From NCBI RefSeq assembly GCF_000478885.1, contig NC_022567.1, positions 1,722,909 to 1,754,908 of the forward strand: 32,000 nt of DNA, in the 5' to 3' direction. Positions 1 to 7,457 of this stretch are shown piece after piece. Position 1 is the stretch's first letter, and each line of letters begins with the position of its first letter. Position numbers and translations under genes: made by a program. Source of the DNA: Adlercreutzia equolifaciens DSM 19450 (GTDB lineage Bacteria; Actinomycetota; Coriobacteriia; Coriobacteriales; Eggerthellaceae). The notes under the pieces are model-generated. The model saw only the letters and a list, made by a program, of their open reading frames with translations, did not search any database and had not been told where the DNA came from.

Positions 1-164
1 GTATCCCCAGCCCGCTGCGCGCTTTATCCCCCTGCGAACGCGGCAAAAGAAATAGCGGAAGGAACGCACATAGGCCGGTACCATCCCCGCATCGCTGCTG
101 CTGAAGTGGAAGCTATTTCTTAACGGCCGCGTTCTCCAGGGGGCGCGCAGAGGTCTGGGGATAC
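1..164. repeat. Long interrupted inverted repeat (rod-like hairpin) downstream of polA, touching the window edge
   Basis: Five complementary helices: 1-10/155-164 (gtatccccag/ctggggatac), 15-22/143-150 (ctgcgcgc/gcgcgcag), 29-34/137-142 (cccctg/cagggg), 37-44/126-133 (aacgcggc/gccgcgtt), 47-56/112-121 (aagaaatagc/gctatttctt). About 55 nt of apical sequence. No credible ORF. Confidence 0.6.
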
Positions 165-215
165 CTCCTCCCGACCTCCCGGCGCATGGCTTACTCGGCT
201 GACTCGATCGACTCG

Positions 216-2843
216 CTAGTGCGCTTCGGCCCAGGTGGGGCCCCAGCTGACGTCGGCGATGAGGGGCACCTTCAGGCTGACGACGCCTTCCATGACCTCT
301 TTCACCATGGCGGCCAGCCGCTCCACTTCCCCAGCCGGCACCGAGAAGTCCAGCTCGTCGTGCACCTGGATCATGAGCTGGGCCTCAAAGTCCTCGGCCA
401 GAAGACGGCGCTGCACCTCGTTCATGGCCATCTTGATGATGTCGGCGGCGCTCCCCTGCATGGGATGGTTCATGGCCGTGCGCTCGCCGAAGGCCCGCTG
501 CTGGCCGTTGGAGCTCTTCAGCTCGGGAATGTGGCGCTTGCGGCCGAGCATGGTCTCGGCGAAGCCGCGCTCGCGGGCCTCGGCGACGGTCTCGTCCAAG
601 TAAGTGCGCACGCCGGGGTACGCCTCGAAGTAGCGGTCGATCATCTCGCGGGCCTCGGCCACGGGGATGTCCAGCGTCTGGGAGAGTCCGAAGGCCTGCT
701 GGCCGTAGACGATGCCGAAGTTCACCGCCTTGGCGCGGCTGCGCAGCTCCGGTGTCACCGCCTCCACCGGCAGACCGAAGACGCGAGAGGCCGTGGAGGC
801 GTGGAAATCCGCCCCGGAGTTGAACGCCGCTACCAAGTGCTCGTCGCCGGACAGATGCGCGAGCAGGCGCAGCTCGATCTGCGAGTAGTCCGCCGACAGG
901 AACAGCTCGCCCGCCCGCAGCGGCACGAAGCAACTGCGGATCTGGCGGCCGAACTCGGTGCGCACGGGAATGTTCTGCAGGTTCGGGTCGGATGACGACA
1001 GGCGCCCGGTCGTGGTGACCGTCTCGTTGAACCGGGTGTGCACGCGACCGTCGGCGGCCCGCATACGGGGCAGGGCGTCGATGTAGGTGTTCTTGATCTT
1101 CGAGAACTCGCGGTAGCGCAGGATGAGGTCGGGCAACGGATGGATGGCCGACAGCTCCGTGAGCACCTTGGCGTCGGTGGAGTACCCGCGCTGGTTCTTC
1201 TTCACCGGGGGCAGCTCCAGCACCTCGAAGAGGATGTGGGCCAGCTGCTTGGGGGAACTCAAGTTGAAGGGCTCCCCGGCCAGCTCGTAAATCTGGGCCG
1301 TGAGACCGTCCACCTCGGCCTGGGCCTCGCGCCCCAGCGCCTCCAGGCGCTCCACGTCGATGGCGGCGCCCACGCGCTCCATGACGGCGAGCACCCCCAC
1401 GAGCGGCAAGTCGATGTCGGCGTAAGCGTCCCAGCTGCCGTCCTTCTTCAGCGCCTCCTCCAAGAGCCCCTTCAGCAGTCGGGCCGCCGTAGCGCGGATG
1501 GCCGCCCGCTCGGCATCGGTTTCGGCCTCGGGCAGCGTGGAGGCGGCCAGGGCCTCCATGAGCGAGTCGTAGGTGTAGGCGGAAAGCGACGAGTTCAGCA
1601 CGTAGCCCGCCACGGACAGGTCGAAGCCGTCGGCAGAGAGCACCTCCCCATCACTCACGAGAGCCGGCTCGGCGGTGTCGGCCGGGTACACCCGATGCAG
1701 CTCCGCCTTCACATCCAGGGCCACGAACGAGCCTTCCCGAACCACCTGGGCGAGCAGCGCCAGCGCGTCGTCTCCCACCGCGACGACCGTTGCCTCGTCG
1801 GTGGCGAACGCGCCGGTCGCCCCCTCGTCGAACAACGACACCTGCTCCGGATCGACGAAGGCGACGCCGATGGTCTCCCCCGCCTTCACGGCCCGAGCGA
1901 CCTCGGCCGCGCCGGCGTCCCCCTCGAGCACCGGCGCCACTTCCAACTTCGCCTCGCGCGAGGGCGGCTCGGCATCGATCATGGCCAGCACCCGGGCCAA
2001 GGGGCTCGCCAGCTGGTACTTGCCGAACGCCTCCTCCACGTCCGCCGCGTCGAAGGCGGGAAAGCTCACCGCCTCCAAGTCGAGGGGGAAGTCCAGATCG
2101 GTCACGATGGTCGCGATCTCCCGGGACAGAAACGCCGTCTCGCGGTTGTTCTCGATGTTCTCCTTCTGCTTGCCCTTGAGCTCCCCCACGTGCTCGTAGA
2201 TGCCCTCCATCGACCCGTAGGTCTGCAGAAGCTTCGTGGCGGTCTTGGGCCCGATGCCGGGCACGCCGGGGATGTTGTCGGAGCTGTCGCCCATAAGCCC
2301 CAGGTAGTCGATGAACTGGGCGGGCGTCACGCCGTAGCGCTCCTCCACCTCGGCCGGCCCGTTGATGGTCACGTCCGTGATGCCCTTCTTCGTGGTCACG
2401 ATGCGCGTCAACTCGCTCGCCAGCTGGTAGGCGTCCTTGTCGCCGGTGACGAGCAAGGTCTCGTATCCCAGCGCCTCGTCGCGGGCGGCAATGGTGCCCA
2501 GAATGTCGTCGCCCTCCCAGCCGGGCACCTTCACCACGGGGATGGCCATGGACTCGAGCAGCTCCTGAATGACGGGGAACTGCACGTGCAGCTCCTCGTC
2601 CATGGGCGGCCGCTGCGCCTTGTACTGGGCCATGGCCTCGATGCGGTGCACCGGCTTGCCGGCGTCGAAGGCGCACACCACCGCGTCCGGCGAGGCCATC
2701 TCGATGAACTTGCAGAGCATGGTGAGGAAGCCGAAGACGGCGTTGGTGGGGGTGCCGTCCTTGGCGGTCATGGGCGTCTGCACCGCATGATAGGCACGAT
2801 GCATGAGCGAGTTTCCGTCGATAACGGCAATCTTTTTTGACAT
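216..2843 (-). CDS. polA: DNA polymerase I (5'-3' exonuclease domain plus family A polymerase domain)
   Basis: N-terminus MSKKIAVIDGNSLMHRAYHA and GIPGVPGIGPKTA (5' nuclease/H3TH). C-terminal family A motifs DYSQIELRLLAH, RSRAKAVNFGIVYG, QVHDEL. Start placed at ATG 2841-2843, because the 122 upstream codons of the track ORF overlap the response-regulator gene. Confidence 0.95.
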   Translation of the reverse strand: MSKKIAVIDGNSLMHRAYHAVQTPMTAKDGTPTNAVFGFLTMLCKFIEMASPDAVVCAFDAGKPVHRIEAMAQYKAQRPPMDEELHVQFPVIQELLESMAIPVVKVPGWEGDDILGTIAARDEALGYETLLVTGDKDAYQLASELTRIVTTKKGITDVTINGPAEVEERYGVTPAQFIDYLGLMGDSSDNIPGVPGIGPKTATKLLQTYGSMEGIYEHVGELKGKQKENIENNRETAFLSREIATIVTDLDFPLDLEAVSFPAFDAADVEEAFGKYQLASPLARVLAMIDAEPPSREAKLEVAPVLEGDAGAAEVARAVKAGETIGVAFVDPEQVSLFDEGATGAFATDEATVVAVGDDALALLAQVVREGSFVALDVKAELHRVYPADTAEPALVSDGEVLSADGFDLSVAGYVLNSSLSAYTYDSLMEALAASTLPEAETDAERAAIRATAARLLKGLLEEALKKDGSWDAYADIDLPLVGVLAVMERVGAAIDVERLEALGREAQAEVDGLTAQIYELAGEPFNLSSPKQLAHILFEVLELPPVKKNQRGYSTDAKVLTELSAIHPLPDLILRYREFSKIKNTYIDALPRMRAADGRVHTRFNETVTTTGRLSSSDPNLQNIPVRTEFGRQIRSCFVPLRAGELFLSADYSQIELRLLAHLSGDEHLVAAFNSGADFHASTASRVFGLPVEAVTPELRSRAKAVNFGIVYGQQAFGLSQTLDIPVAEAREMIDRYFEAYPGVRTYLDETVAEARERGFAETMLGRKRHIPELKSSNGQQRAFGERTAMNHPMQGSAADIIKMAMNEVQRRLLAEDFEAQLMIQVHDELDFSVPAGEVERLAAMVKEVMEGVVSLKVPLIADVSWGPTWAEAH

Positions 2844-2860
2844 TTCGAGCCTTTCGGGTC

Positions 2861-3535
2861 TTAGGCGTTCCACAAATAGCCGACGCCGCGCACCGTCTCC
2901 AGGCGCTGAGCGAGCTCCGGGCCGAGCTTGGCGCGCACCCGGCGCACGTGCACATCCACGGTGCGGCTGCCGCCGTAGTAGTCGAAGCCCCACACGCGGC
3001 GCAGCAGCGCGTCGCGAGAGTAGGTGCGGCCCGGATGGGTGACGAGGAAGGCGAGCAGGGCGTATTCCAAATAGGTGAGGTCCACCGGCTCGCCGCCGAC
3101 CTTCACCTGGTAGGTGGCAAGGTTCACGGTCATGTTGTCCACGGTGATGTAGTCGGCCGAGCTGCCCTCGTTGCCGGGCCACAGCAGCTGTCGAATGCGG
3201 GTGGCGCACTCGGCGGCGCTCGCCCCGTGCACGACGAAGTCGGCCTTGCAGGACACCGGCAGACGGAACTGGGCCAGCTGGTCCTCGTTCACGATGACGA
3301 GCATGGCAGTGGCACCTTCCTCGGCAAGCGCCGCCTCCACCGAGGCCACCGTGCCCAGAGCGTCGCCCCGGGCCTCGTAGATGACCAGATCGTGGCTCGG
3401 GTGCGCCGCAAGCAGCTTCTTGAACTGCACCGACGAGCCCGCAGCCACGTCCACGTCCAGCTTCGAGAGCACCTGCTGGAACTTATGGGCATTGTCGAGG
3501 CTGTCGGCGATGAAGATAACCGTTTTGCGCTGCAT
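2861..3535 (-). CDS. OmpR/PhoB-family winged-helix response regulator with an atypical (pseudo-)receiver domain
   Basis: C-terminal LTYLEYALLAFLVTHPGRTYSRDALLRRVWG...RTVDVHVRRVRAKL...VRGVGY is a typical OmpR-type DNA-binding domain. The N-terminal receiver-like fold lacks the canonical acceptor residues (see finding). Start is 1 nt after the glnA stop, and the stop is 17 nt before the polA start. Confidence 0.85.
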   Translation of the reverse strand: MQRKTVIFIADSLDNAHKFQQVLSKLDVDVAAGSSVQFKKLLAAHPSHDLVIYEARGDALGTVASVEAALAEEGATAMLVIVNEDQLAQFRLPVSCKADFVVHGASAAECATRIRQLLWPGNEGSSADYITVDNMTVNLATYQVKVGGEPVDLTYLEYALLAFLVTHPGRTYSRDALLRRVWGFDYYGGSRTVDVHVRRVRAKLGPELAQRLETVRGVGYLWNA

Positions 3536-3536
3536 G

Positions 3537-4880
3537 CTACAACACCGCCAAATTGCGCTCGAGCTCCCACGCGGTCACGATGCCCTGGTAGGCCTCCCAT
3601 TCCTCGCGCTTGGTGCGCACGAGGTAATCGTGGATGTGCTCGCCCAAGGTCTCGCGCATCAGCTTGCTCTCCGCGAAGCGCTCCACGGCCTCGCCGAGGG
3701 ATTCCGGCAGCGTCTCGATGCCCCGGGCGCGATGCTCGTAGCGGGTGCAGCCGATGGGCGCGGCCTCGTCGGCCGGGGGCATAAGCTCAAGCCCCTCTTC
3801 GATGCCCGCAAGCCCCGCGGCCAGCATGACGGCGAAGGCGAGATAGGGGTTCGCCGCCGGGTCGGGGCTGCGCAGCTCCACCCGGCAGGCCGACTCGCTG
3901 TTCGGGCGATAGCCCGGGATGCGCACCAAGGTCGAGCGGTTTCGCGCGCCCCAGCTGATGCAGGTGGGCGCCTCCCCTCCCGGCTGCAGGCGCTTGTAGG
4001 AGTTCACGTACTGGTTCGTGACCAGCGTGTACTCCGGCGCGTACTTCAGAAGGCCGGCGATGTAGCTCTTCGCCGTGGCCGACAGGTTGTACCCGGACGG
4101 ATCGTCCGGGTCGAAGAACACGTTGTTGCCGGAGCGATCCATGAGACTCTGGTGCACGTGCATGCCGTTGCCGGGAGCATCCGCCATGGGCTTGGGCATG
4201 AACGAGGCGTACACCCCGTGCTTCATGGCGATTTCCTTCACCACCTGCTTGTAGGTCATAACGGCGTCGGCCATGGAGAGCGCGTCGGCGTAGCGCAAGT
4301 CGATCTCGTGCTGGGAAGGGCCCTTCTCGTGGTGGGAGTACTCCACGGGAATGCCCATCTTCTCCAAAGTGAGCACCGTGTCGCGGCGCAGATCGGAGGC
4401 GGAATCGAGCGACGTCAGGTCGAAGTAGCTGCCATGATCGAGCACGTCGGTGCCCTCGGCGTCCTTGAAGTAGAAGTACTCCAGCTCGGGCCCTACGATA
4501 AACGAGTAGCCGTCCTCGGCGGCGCGGCGCACCACCCGCTCCAGCACATGGCGCGAATCTCCCGCGTAGGGCTCCCCCTCCGGCGTGCGGATGTCGCAGA
4601 TCATGCGGGCCACGGCGTTGGCTTGGGGACGCCAGGGCAAGATCTCGAAGGTGGAAGGGTCGGGAAAGGCCAGCATGTCCGACTCCTGCGCCGCCGAGAA
4701 GCCCTCGATGCAGCTGGCGTCGAAGCCCATGCCCTCCTCGAAGGCGCTCTCCAGCTCGCCGGGCACCACCGCGAAGGACTTCATGTTGCCCAAGACGTCG
4801 GTGAACCAGAAGCGAACGAAGTGAACATCCCTGCTCTCAACCGTTTTCAGGACGAAGTCCTGCTCCGGATTCGCAACCAT
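3537..4880 (-). CDS. glnA: Glutamine synthetase, type I
   Basis: VHFVRFWFTDVLG, KPMADAPGNGMHVHQSL and NRSTLVRIP are classical GS-I motifs. Start set at ATG 4878-4880 (MVANPEQD), which is preceded by GGGAG. The track ORF extends 26 codons further, to 4958. Confidence 0.92.
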   Translation of the reverse strand: MVANPEQDFVLKTVESRDVHFVRFWFTDVLGNMKSFAVVPGELESAFEEGMGFDASCIEGFSAAQESDMLAFPDPSTFEILPWRPQANAVARMICDIRTPEGEPYAGDSRHVLERVVRRAAEDGYSFIVGPELEYFYFKDAEGTDVLDHGSYFDLTSLDSASDLRRDTVLTLEKMGIPVEYSHHEKGPSQHEIDLRYADALSMADAVMTYKQVVKEIAMKHGVYASFMPKPMADAPGNGMHVHQSLMDRSGNNVFFDPDDPSGYNLSATAKSYIAGLLKYAPEYTLVTNQYVNSYKRLQPGGEAPTCISWGARNRSTLVRIPGYRPNSESACRVELRSPDPAANPYLAFAVMLAAGLAGIEEGLELMPPADEAAPIGCTRYEHRARGIETLPESLGEAVERFAESKLMRETLGEHIHDYLVRTKREEWEAYQGIVTAWELERNLAVL

Positions 4881-4919
4881 ATCTACTCCCATCGGTCGCG
4901 TTGCGTTCAACTCCCTAGC

Positions 4920-4925
4920 ATTATA
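4920..4925 (-). promoter_or_regulatory. Possible -10 box (TATAAT) for glnA
   Basis: The reverse complement of attata is TATAAT, about 40 nt upstream of the glnA start and just downstream of the rpmE terminator. No good -35 was seen. Confidence 0.3.
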
Positions 4926-4965
4926 AAACCGCGCCCGCTCCCCTTTGCGGGAATTCACAGGACGG

Positions 4966-5006
4966 CAAAAGAAAAGGCCCGCCGCACCGGAGTGCGAGCG
5001 GGCCTT
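4966..5006 (-). terminator. Rho-independent terminator after rpmE
   Basis: 9-bp GC-rich stem aaggcccgc (4974-4982) / gcgggcctt (4998-5006). On the minus strand it is followed by TTTTCTTTT. Confidence 0.75.
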
Positions 5007-5030
5007 GCGTTCACCGAATGCGACGACGAG

Positions 5031-5513
5031 CTACTCGGCGGCCTCCACGGCCTCGGTCACCTCGGCGTCGGTCAGCTCCACGCCGGGAGCCTCCTCGGCG
5101 GTGCCGGCGGCAGCAGCGTCTTCCATGGCGTCAACGTCGGCCTGAGCCTCGGCACGGGCGGCCTCCTCGGCGGCCTTGGCGGCATAGGCGGCGGCACGCT
5201 CGGCCTTAGCGGCGGCCTTGGCCTCGCGCTCGGCCTTCTTGGCGGCCTCGCGCTCGGCGATCTGAGCGGCGCGCTCGGCCTTCTTGGCGGCCTCGCGCTC
5301 GGCCACGACGTCCTTAGCGGCGCCGAAGCGGTCGGCGAAGCGCTGGACGCGTCCACCGGTGTCGATGAGCTTCTGGGTGCCGGTGTAGAACGGATGGCAG
5401 GCGTTGCAGATGTCGATCTTCAGCTCGGGCTTGGTGGAGCGGGTGGTGAAGGTGTTGCCGCAGCTGCACTTCACGACGCAGTCCACGTACTCCGGATGAA
5501 TACCTTGCTTCAT
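5031..5513 (-). CDS. rpmE: Ribosomal protein L31 (Cys-containing type) with a ~90-aa Ala/Glu/Lys-rich C-terminal extension
   Basis: [27 protein letters not shown]...[13 protein letters not shown]...GRVQRF is canonical L31. It is followed by a low-complexity tail ([11 protein letters not shown]...). RBS AGGAGA lies upstream. Confidence 0.93.
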   Translation of the reverse strand: MKQGIHPEYVDCVVKCSCGNTFTTRSTKPELKIDICNACHPFYTGTQKLIDTGGRVQRFADRFGAAKDVVAEREAAKKAERAAQIAEREAAKKAEREAKAAAKAERAAAYAAKAAEEAARAEAQADVDAMEDAAAAGTAEEAPGVELTDAEVTEAVEAAE

Positions 5514-5596
5514 TGGGTTCTCCTAACTTCCTTGGTTTCCGACCAAGGGGCCGAATGCGGCTTGGTTTCCGACCAAGCCCTGAGACAAGCTTGTCT
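5514..5596 (-). promoter_or_regulatory. Structured rpmE 5' leader (three hairpins); candidate L31 autoregulatory leader
   Basis: Exact 17-nt direct repeat cttggtttccgaccaag at 5531-5547 and 5561-5577; each copy is a 6-7-bp hairpin. A perfect 14-nt palindrome agacaagcttgtct sits at 5583-5596, immediately downstream of the -10 box. Confidence 0.5.
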
Positions 5597-5624
5597 ATAT
5601 TAGCATCGTTTTCCCCGAATGCAA
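5597..5624 (-). promoter_or_regulatory. rpmE promoter, TTGCAT-16 nt-TAATAT
   Basis: On the minus strand, -35 TTGCAT (5619-5624) and -10 TAATAT (5597-5602) are separated by a 16-nt spacer. Confidence 0.5.
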
Positions 5625-5651
5625 GAAAAAAGACCCGCGCAACACGGGTCT
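5625..5651 (-). terminator. Rho-independent terminator after the desulfoferrodoxin gene (possibly bidirectional)
   Basis: Stem agacccg (5631-5637) / cgggtct (5645-5651). An A-run at 5625-5631 gives a U-tract on the minus strand. T-rich sequence is also present on the + side. Confidence 0.7.
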
Positions 5652-5678
5652 TTCTCATTTCGCTCCGTGAGCGGGCGT

Positions 5679-6059
5679 TTAGATCTCGGTCACCCACAGG
5701 CCGTGGAGGTTGCAGTGCTCGTAGACCTTGAGCGGCGTCTCGCCCTCGGCGATGACGAACTCGGCGTGGGGCGCCTCGCCCGGGGCGAGCGGGTGAATCT
5801 GGTAGCCCTTGTCGGTCACCAGGCAGATGAACTGGATCCAGTGCTCCTCCAGCATGGGATGATCCACCGAGCCGACGTTCACGACGACCTTGTTGCCCTC
5901 GACCTCGACGGCGGGCACGTGCTTCTCCAGGGCGGCGTCCTGGGAGCCGGCGACCAGCTCAACCATCTTCTCGCCGCAGCACACCAGCGGCACGCCCGCG
6001 TCGAAGACCTTAACGGCAATGTTGCCGCAATGCATGCACTTGTAGAATTTCACGTCCAT
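5679..6059 (-). CDS. dfx: Desulfoferrodoxin (2Fe superoxide reductase)
   Basis: N-terminal desulforedoxin-like Cys pattern (CMHCGN ... LVCCGE) plus a neelaredoxin-type C-domain (EKHVP, EEHWIQFI, CNLHGLW). 126 aa, which is the typical size. Confidence 0.9.
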   Translation of the reverse strand: MDVKFYKCMHCGNIAVKVFDAGVPLVCCGEKMVELVAGSQDAALEKHVPAVEVEGNKVVVNVGSVDHPMLEEHWIQFICLVTDKGYQIHPLAPGEAPHAEFVIAEGETPLKVYEHCNLHGLWVTEI

Positions 6060-6209
6060 GTTCTACCTCATATCTCTTGTAGCTGCTCGTTACAAAGAGC
6101 CGCAGACGCGCTGTCCGCAGCCTTGAAATATTGTACTGGAAGGAGTGCCACCCCGATTTCCGCAACGCCGGGTGACACCACGTCGTTACAAGAAAACCCG
6201 ATGGAGCGC

Positions 6210-7061
6210 CTAAGCCGCATCGCCAGGGACAGACGGCGGCTGAATCTCCTGCGGTCCGGCCTGGGGATGCCGCGTCCTCGCCGCATAGATGAGCAGCGCG
6301 ATGCCGGCCACGATGAGTGGCGCCGAGAGCACTTGGCCCATGGTGAGCCAGCCGCCCCACAGGTATCCCAGTTGCACGTCGGGCTCGCGCACGAACTCGA
6401 TGAGGAAGCGGAAGATGCCGTAGAGCACCAGAAATGCGCCGAGGAAGGTGCCCTGGGGCCTCGGCGGGTACTTGCGCGAGAGCGCGAACAGGACGCAGAA
6501 GATGACGAGCCCCTCCAGCACCGCCTCGTAGAGCTGGCTGGGATGCCGCGGCATCATGCCGGCCGCGCCGCCGAACACCACGCCGAGCGGCCCGTCGGTG
6601 GGCGCGCCCCACAGCTCGCCGTTCACGAAGTTGGCGCAGCGGCCGAAGAACAGGCCAATCGGCGCCGCAATGGATCCCAAGTCGGCCAACGTGAGAAACG
6701 GGATGCGCGTCATACGGGCAGCTACGGCGCCGCCGATAAGCAGCCCCACGAGACCGCCATGGAAGCTCATGCCCCCCTGGTTGAACGCGAGTATCTCCAG
6801 CGGATGGGACAGGTAGTAGCCGTCGCCGTAGAACAGCACGTATCCGATGCGCGCACCCAGCACCACGCCGACGATGGCGCAGACCATGAGCGTGAGCAGG
6901 TTGTCCTCGCTCATGCCGAGCTTCCAGCGCTTCGCCACGAAGTAGATGATGGCGGCGGCGCAGACGAACCCGAGCACGTAGGCCAGGCCGTACCAGCGCA
7001 CCACCAGAGGCCCCAGCGAGAAGGCGATGGGGTCGAGCCCCTGATAAATTTCGTTCAGCAT
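6210..7061 (-). CDS. lgt: Prolipoprotein diacylglyceryl transferase
   Basis: WYGLAYVLGF, GGMSFHGGLVG and RHPSQLYEA motifs; polytopic membrane protein of 283 aa. Confidence 0.92.
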   Translation of the reverse strand: MLNEIYQGLDPIAFSLGPLVVRWYGLAYVLGFVCAAAIIYFVAKRWKLGMSEDNLLTLMVCAIVGVVLGARIGYVLFYGDGYYLSHPLEILAFNQGGMSFHGGLVGLLIGGAVAARMTRIPFLTLADLGSIAAPIGLFFGRCANFVNGELWGAPTDGPLGVVFGGAAGMMPRHPSQLYEAVLEGLVIFCVLFALSRKYPPRPQGTFLGAFLVLYGIFRFLIEFVREPDVQLGYLWGGWLTMGQVLSAPLIVAGIALLIYAARTRHPQAGPQEIQPPSVPGDAA

Positions 7062-7372
7062 TACGATGTTCCCTCATGGGCGCCCATACCAGCACCCAGC
7101 TCGATAGCGGCAAATACAACTTCCTCCCGCAACTCGGGCGGAATGGTCAGAAGCGCCGAGATGCGGGCGGCGCAATGGGGGCAGGTCAGCGTGAACAGCG
7201 CCAGGTCGGAGCGCAGGGCCATGAGCGACTCGTAGGATCGCACATCGACGTCATCGGCCCCGCAGGCCGGACAGGTCACCTTCGCTTTCACCGCTCTCAC
7301 CGCCTTCGCTCGCGCTTGAACCTTTACCGAACCGCATTGTAGCAGAGCCCCTCGACAATCACGCAAAAGCAA
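7061..7372 (-). CDS. Small hypothetical protein with two CPxC motifs (zinc-ribbon-like); start uncertain
   Basis: VTCPACG ... LTCPHCA. The stop overlaps the lgt start as TAATG. The track ORF begins with TTG at 7372; in-frame GTG codons further in are alternative starts. Confidence 0.45.
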   Translation of the reverse strand: MLLRDCRGALLQCGSVKVQARAKAVRAVKAKVTCPACGADDVDVRSYESLMALRSDLALFTLTCPHCAARISALLTIPPELREEVVFAAIELGAGMGAHEGTS

Positions 7373-7457
7373 GCCCTCTCACCCAACCGCCTTCTCGTTC
7401 TTTGCAAAAAGTCGAGAGAAAATGGTCACAAAATCGAGTTCTGGGTTCGGCTGAACC

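Noticed and set aside
1-164. Resemblance of the arms to type I-E-like CRISPR repeats (ggggata / tatcccc) and of cggaaggaa to the SRP RNA GGAA-loop region.
   Set aside because: There is only one inverted pair and no repeat-spacer periodicity. The GGAA is not at the apex of the hairpin, and the flanking SRP domain IV consensus is missing. No family assignment is justified without a covariance-model search.
1038-2840. 600-aa + strand ORF antisense to polA. Similar long ORFs occur at 186-995, 5619-7235, 9611-10912, 10946-12775, 15698-17140, 21028-22251 and 29276-30946.
   Set aside because: All lie opposite genes with unmistakable family motifs. Their translations are Arg/Gly/His/Ala/Val-rich with no recognisable domains. 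They lack RBS-supported starts. This is the typical stop-codon-poor antisense frame of GC-rich DNA.
2844-3209. 122-codon N-terminal extension of the polA ORF.
   Set aside because: It overlaps the response-regulator gene in another frame. Canonical Pol I begins at MSKKIAVIDG, and the extension is Arg/Pro-rich nonsense.
4881-5030. GlnR-type boxes (gTnAc-n6-GaAAc) upstream of glnA.
   Set aside because: Only partial half-site-like strings were seen (for example ttcac-aggacg-gcaaa), with nothing convincing. They are not reported as a feature.
3381-5603. 740-aa + strand ORF spanning the antisense of glnA and rpmE, including the intergenic terminator.
   Set aside because: It crosses a terminator hairpin and two well-supported genes on the other strand, and its composition is low-complexity. 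It is an artefact.
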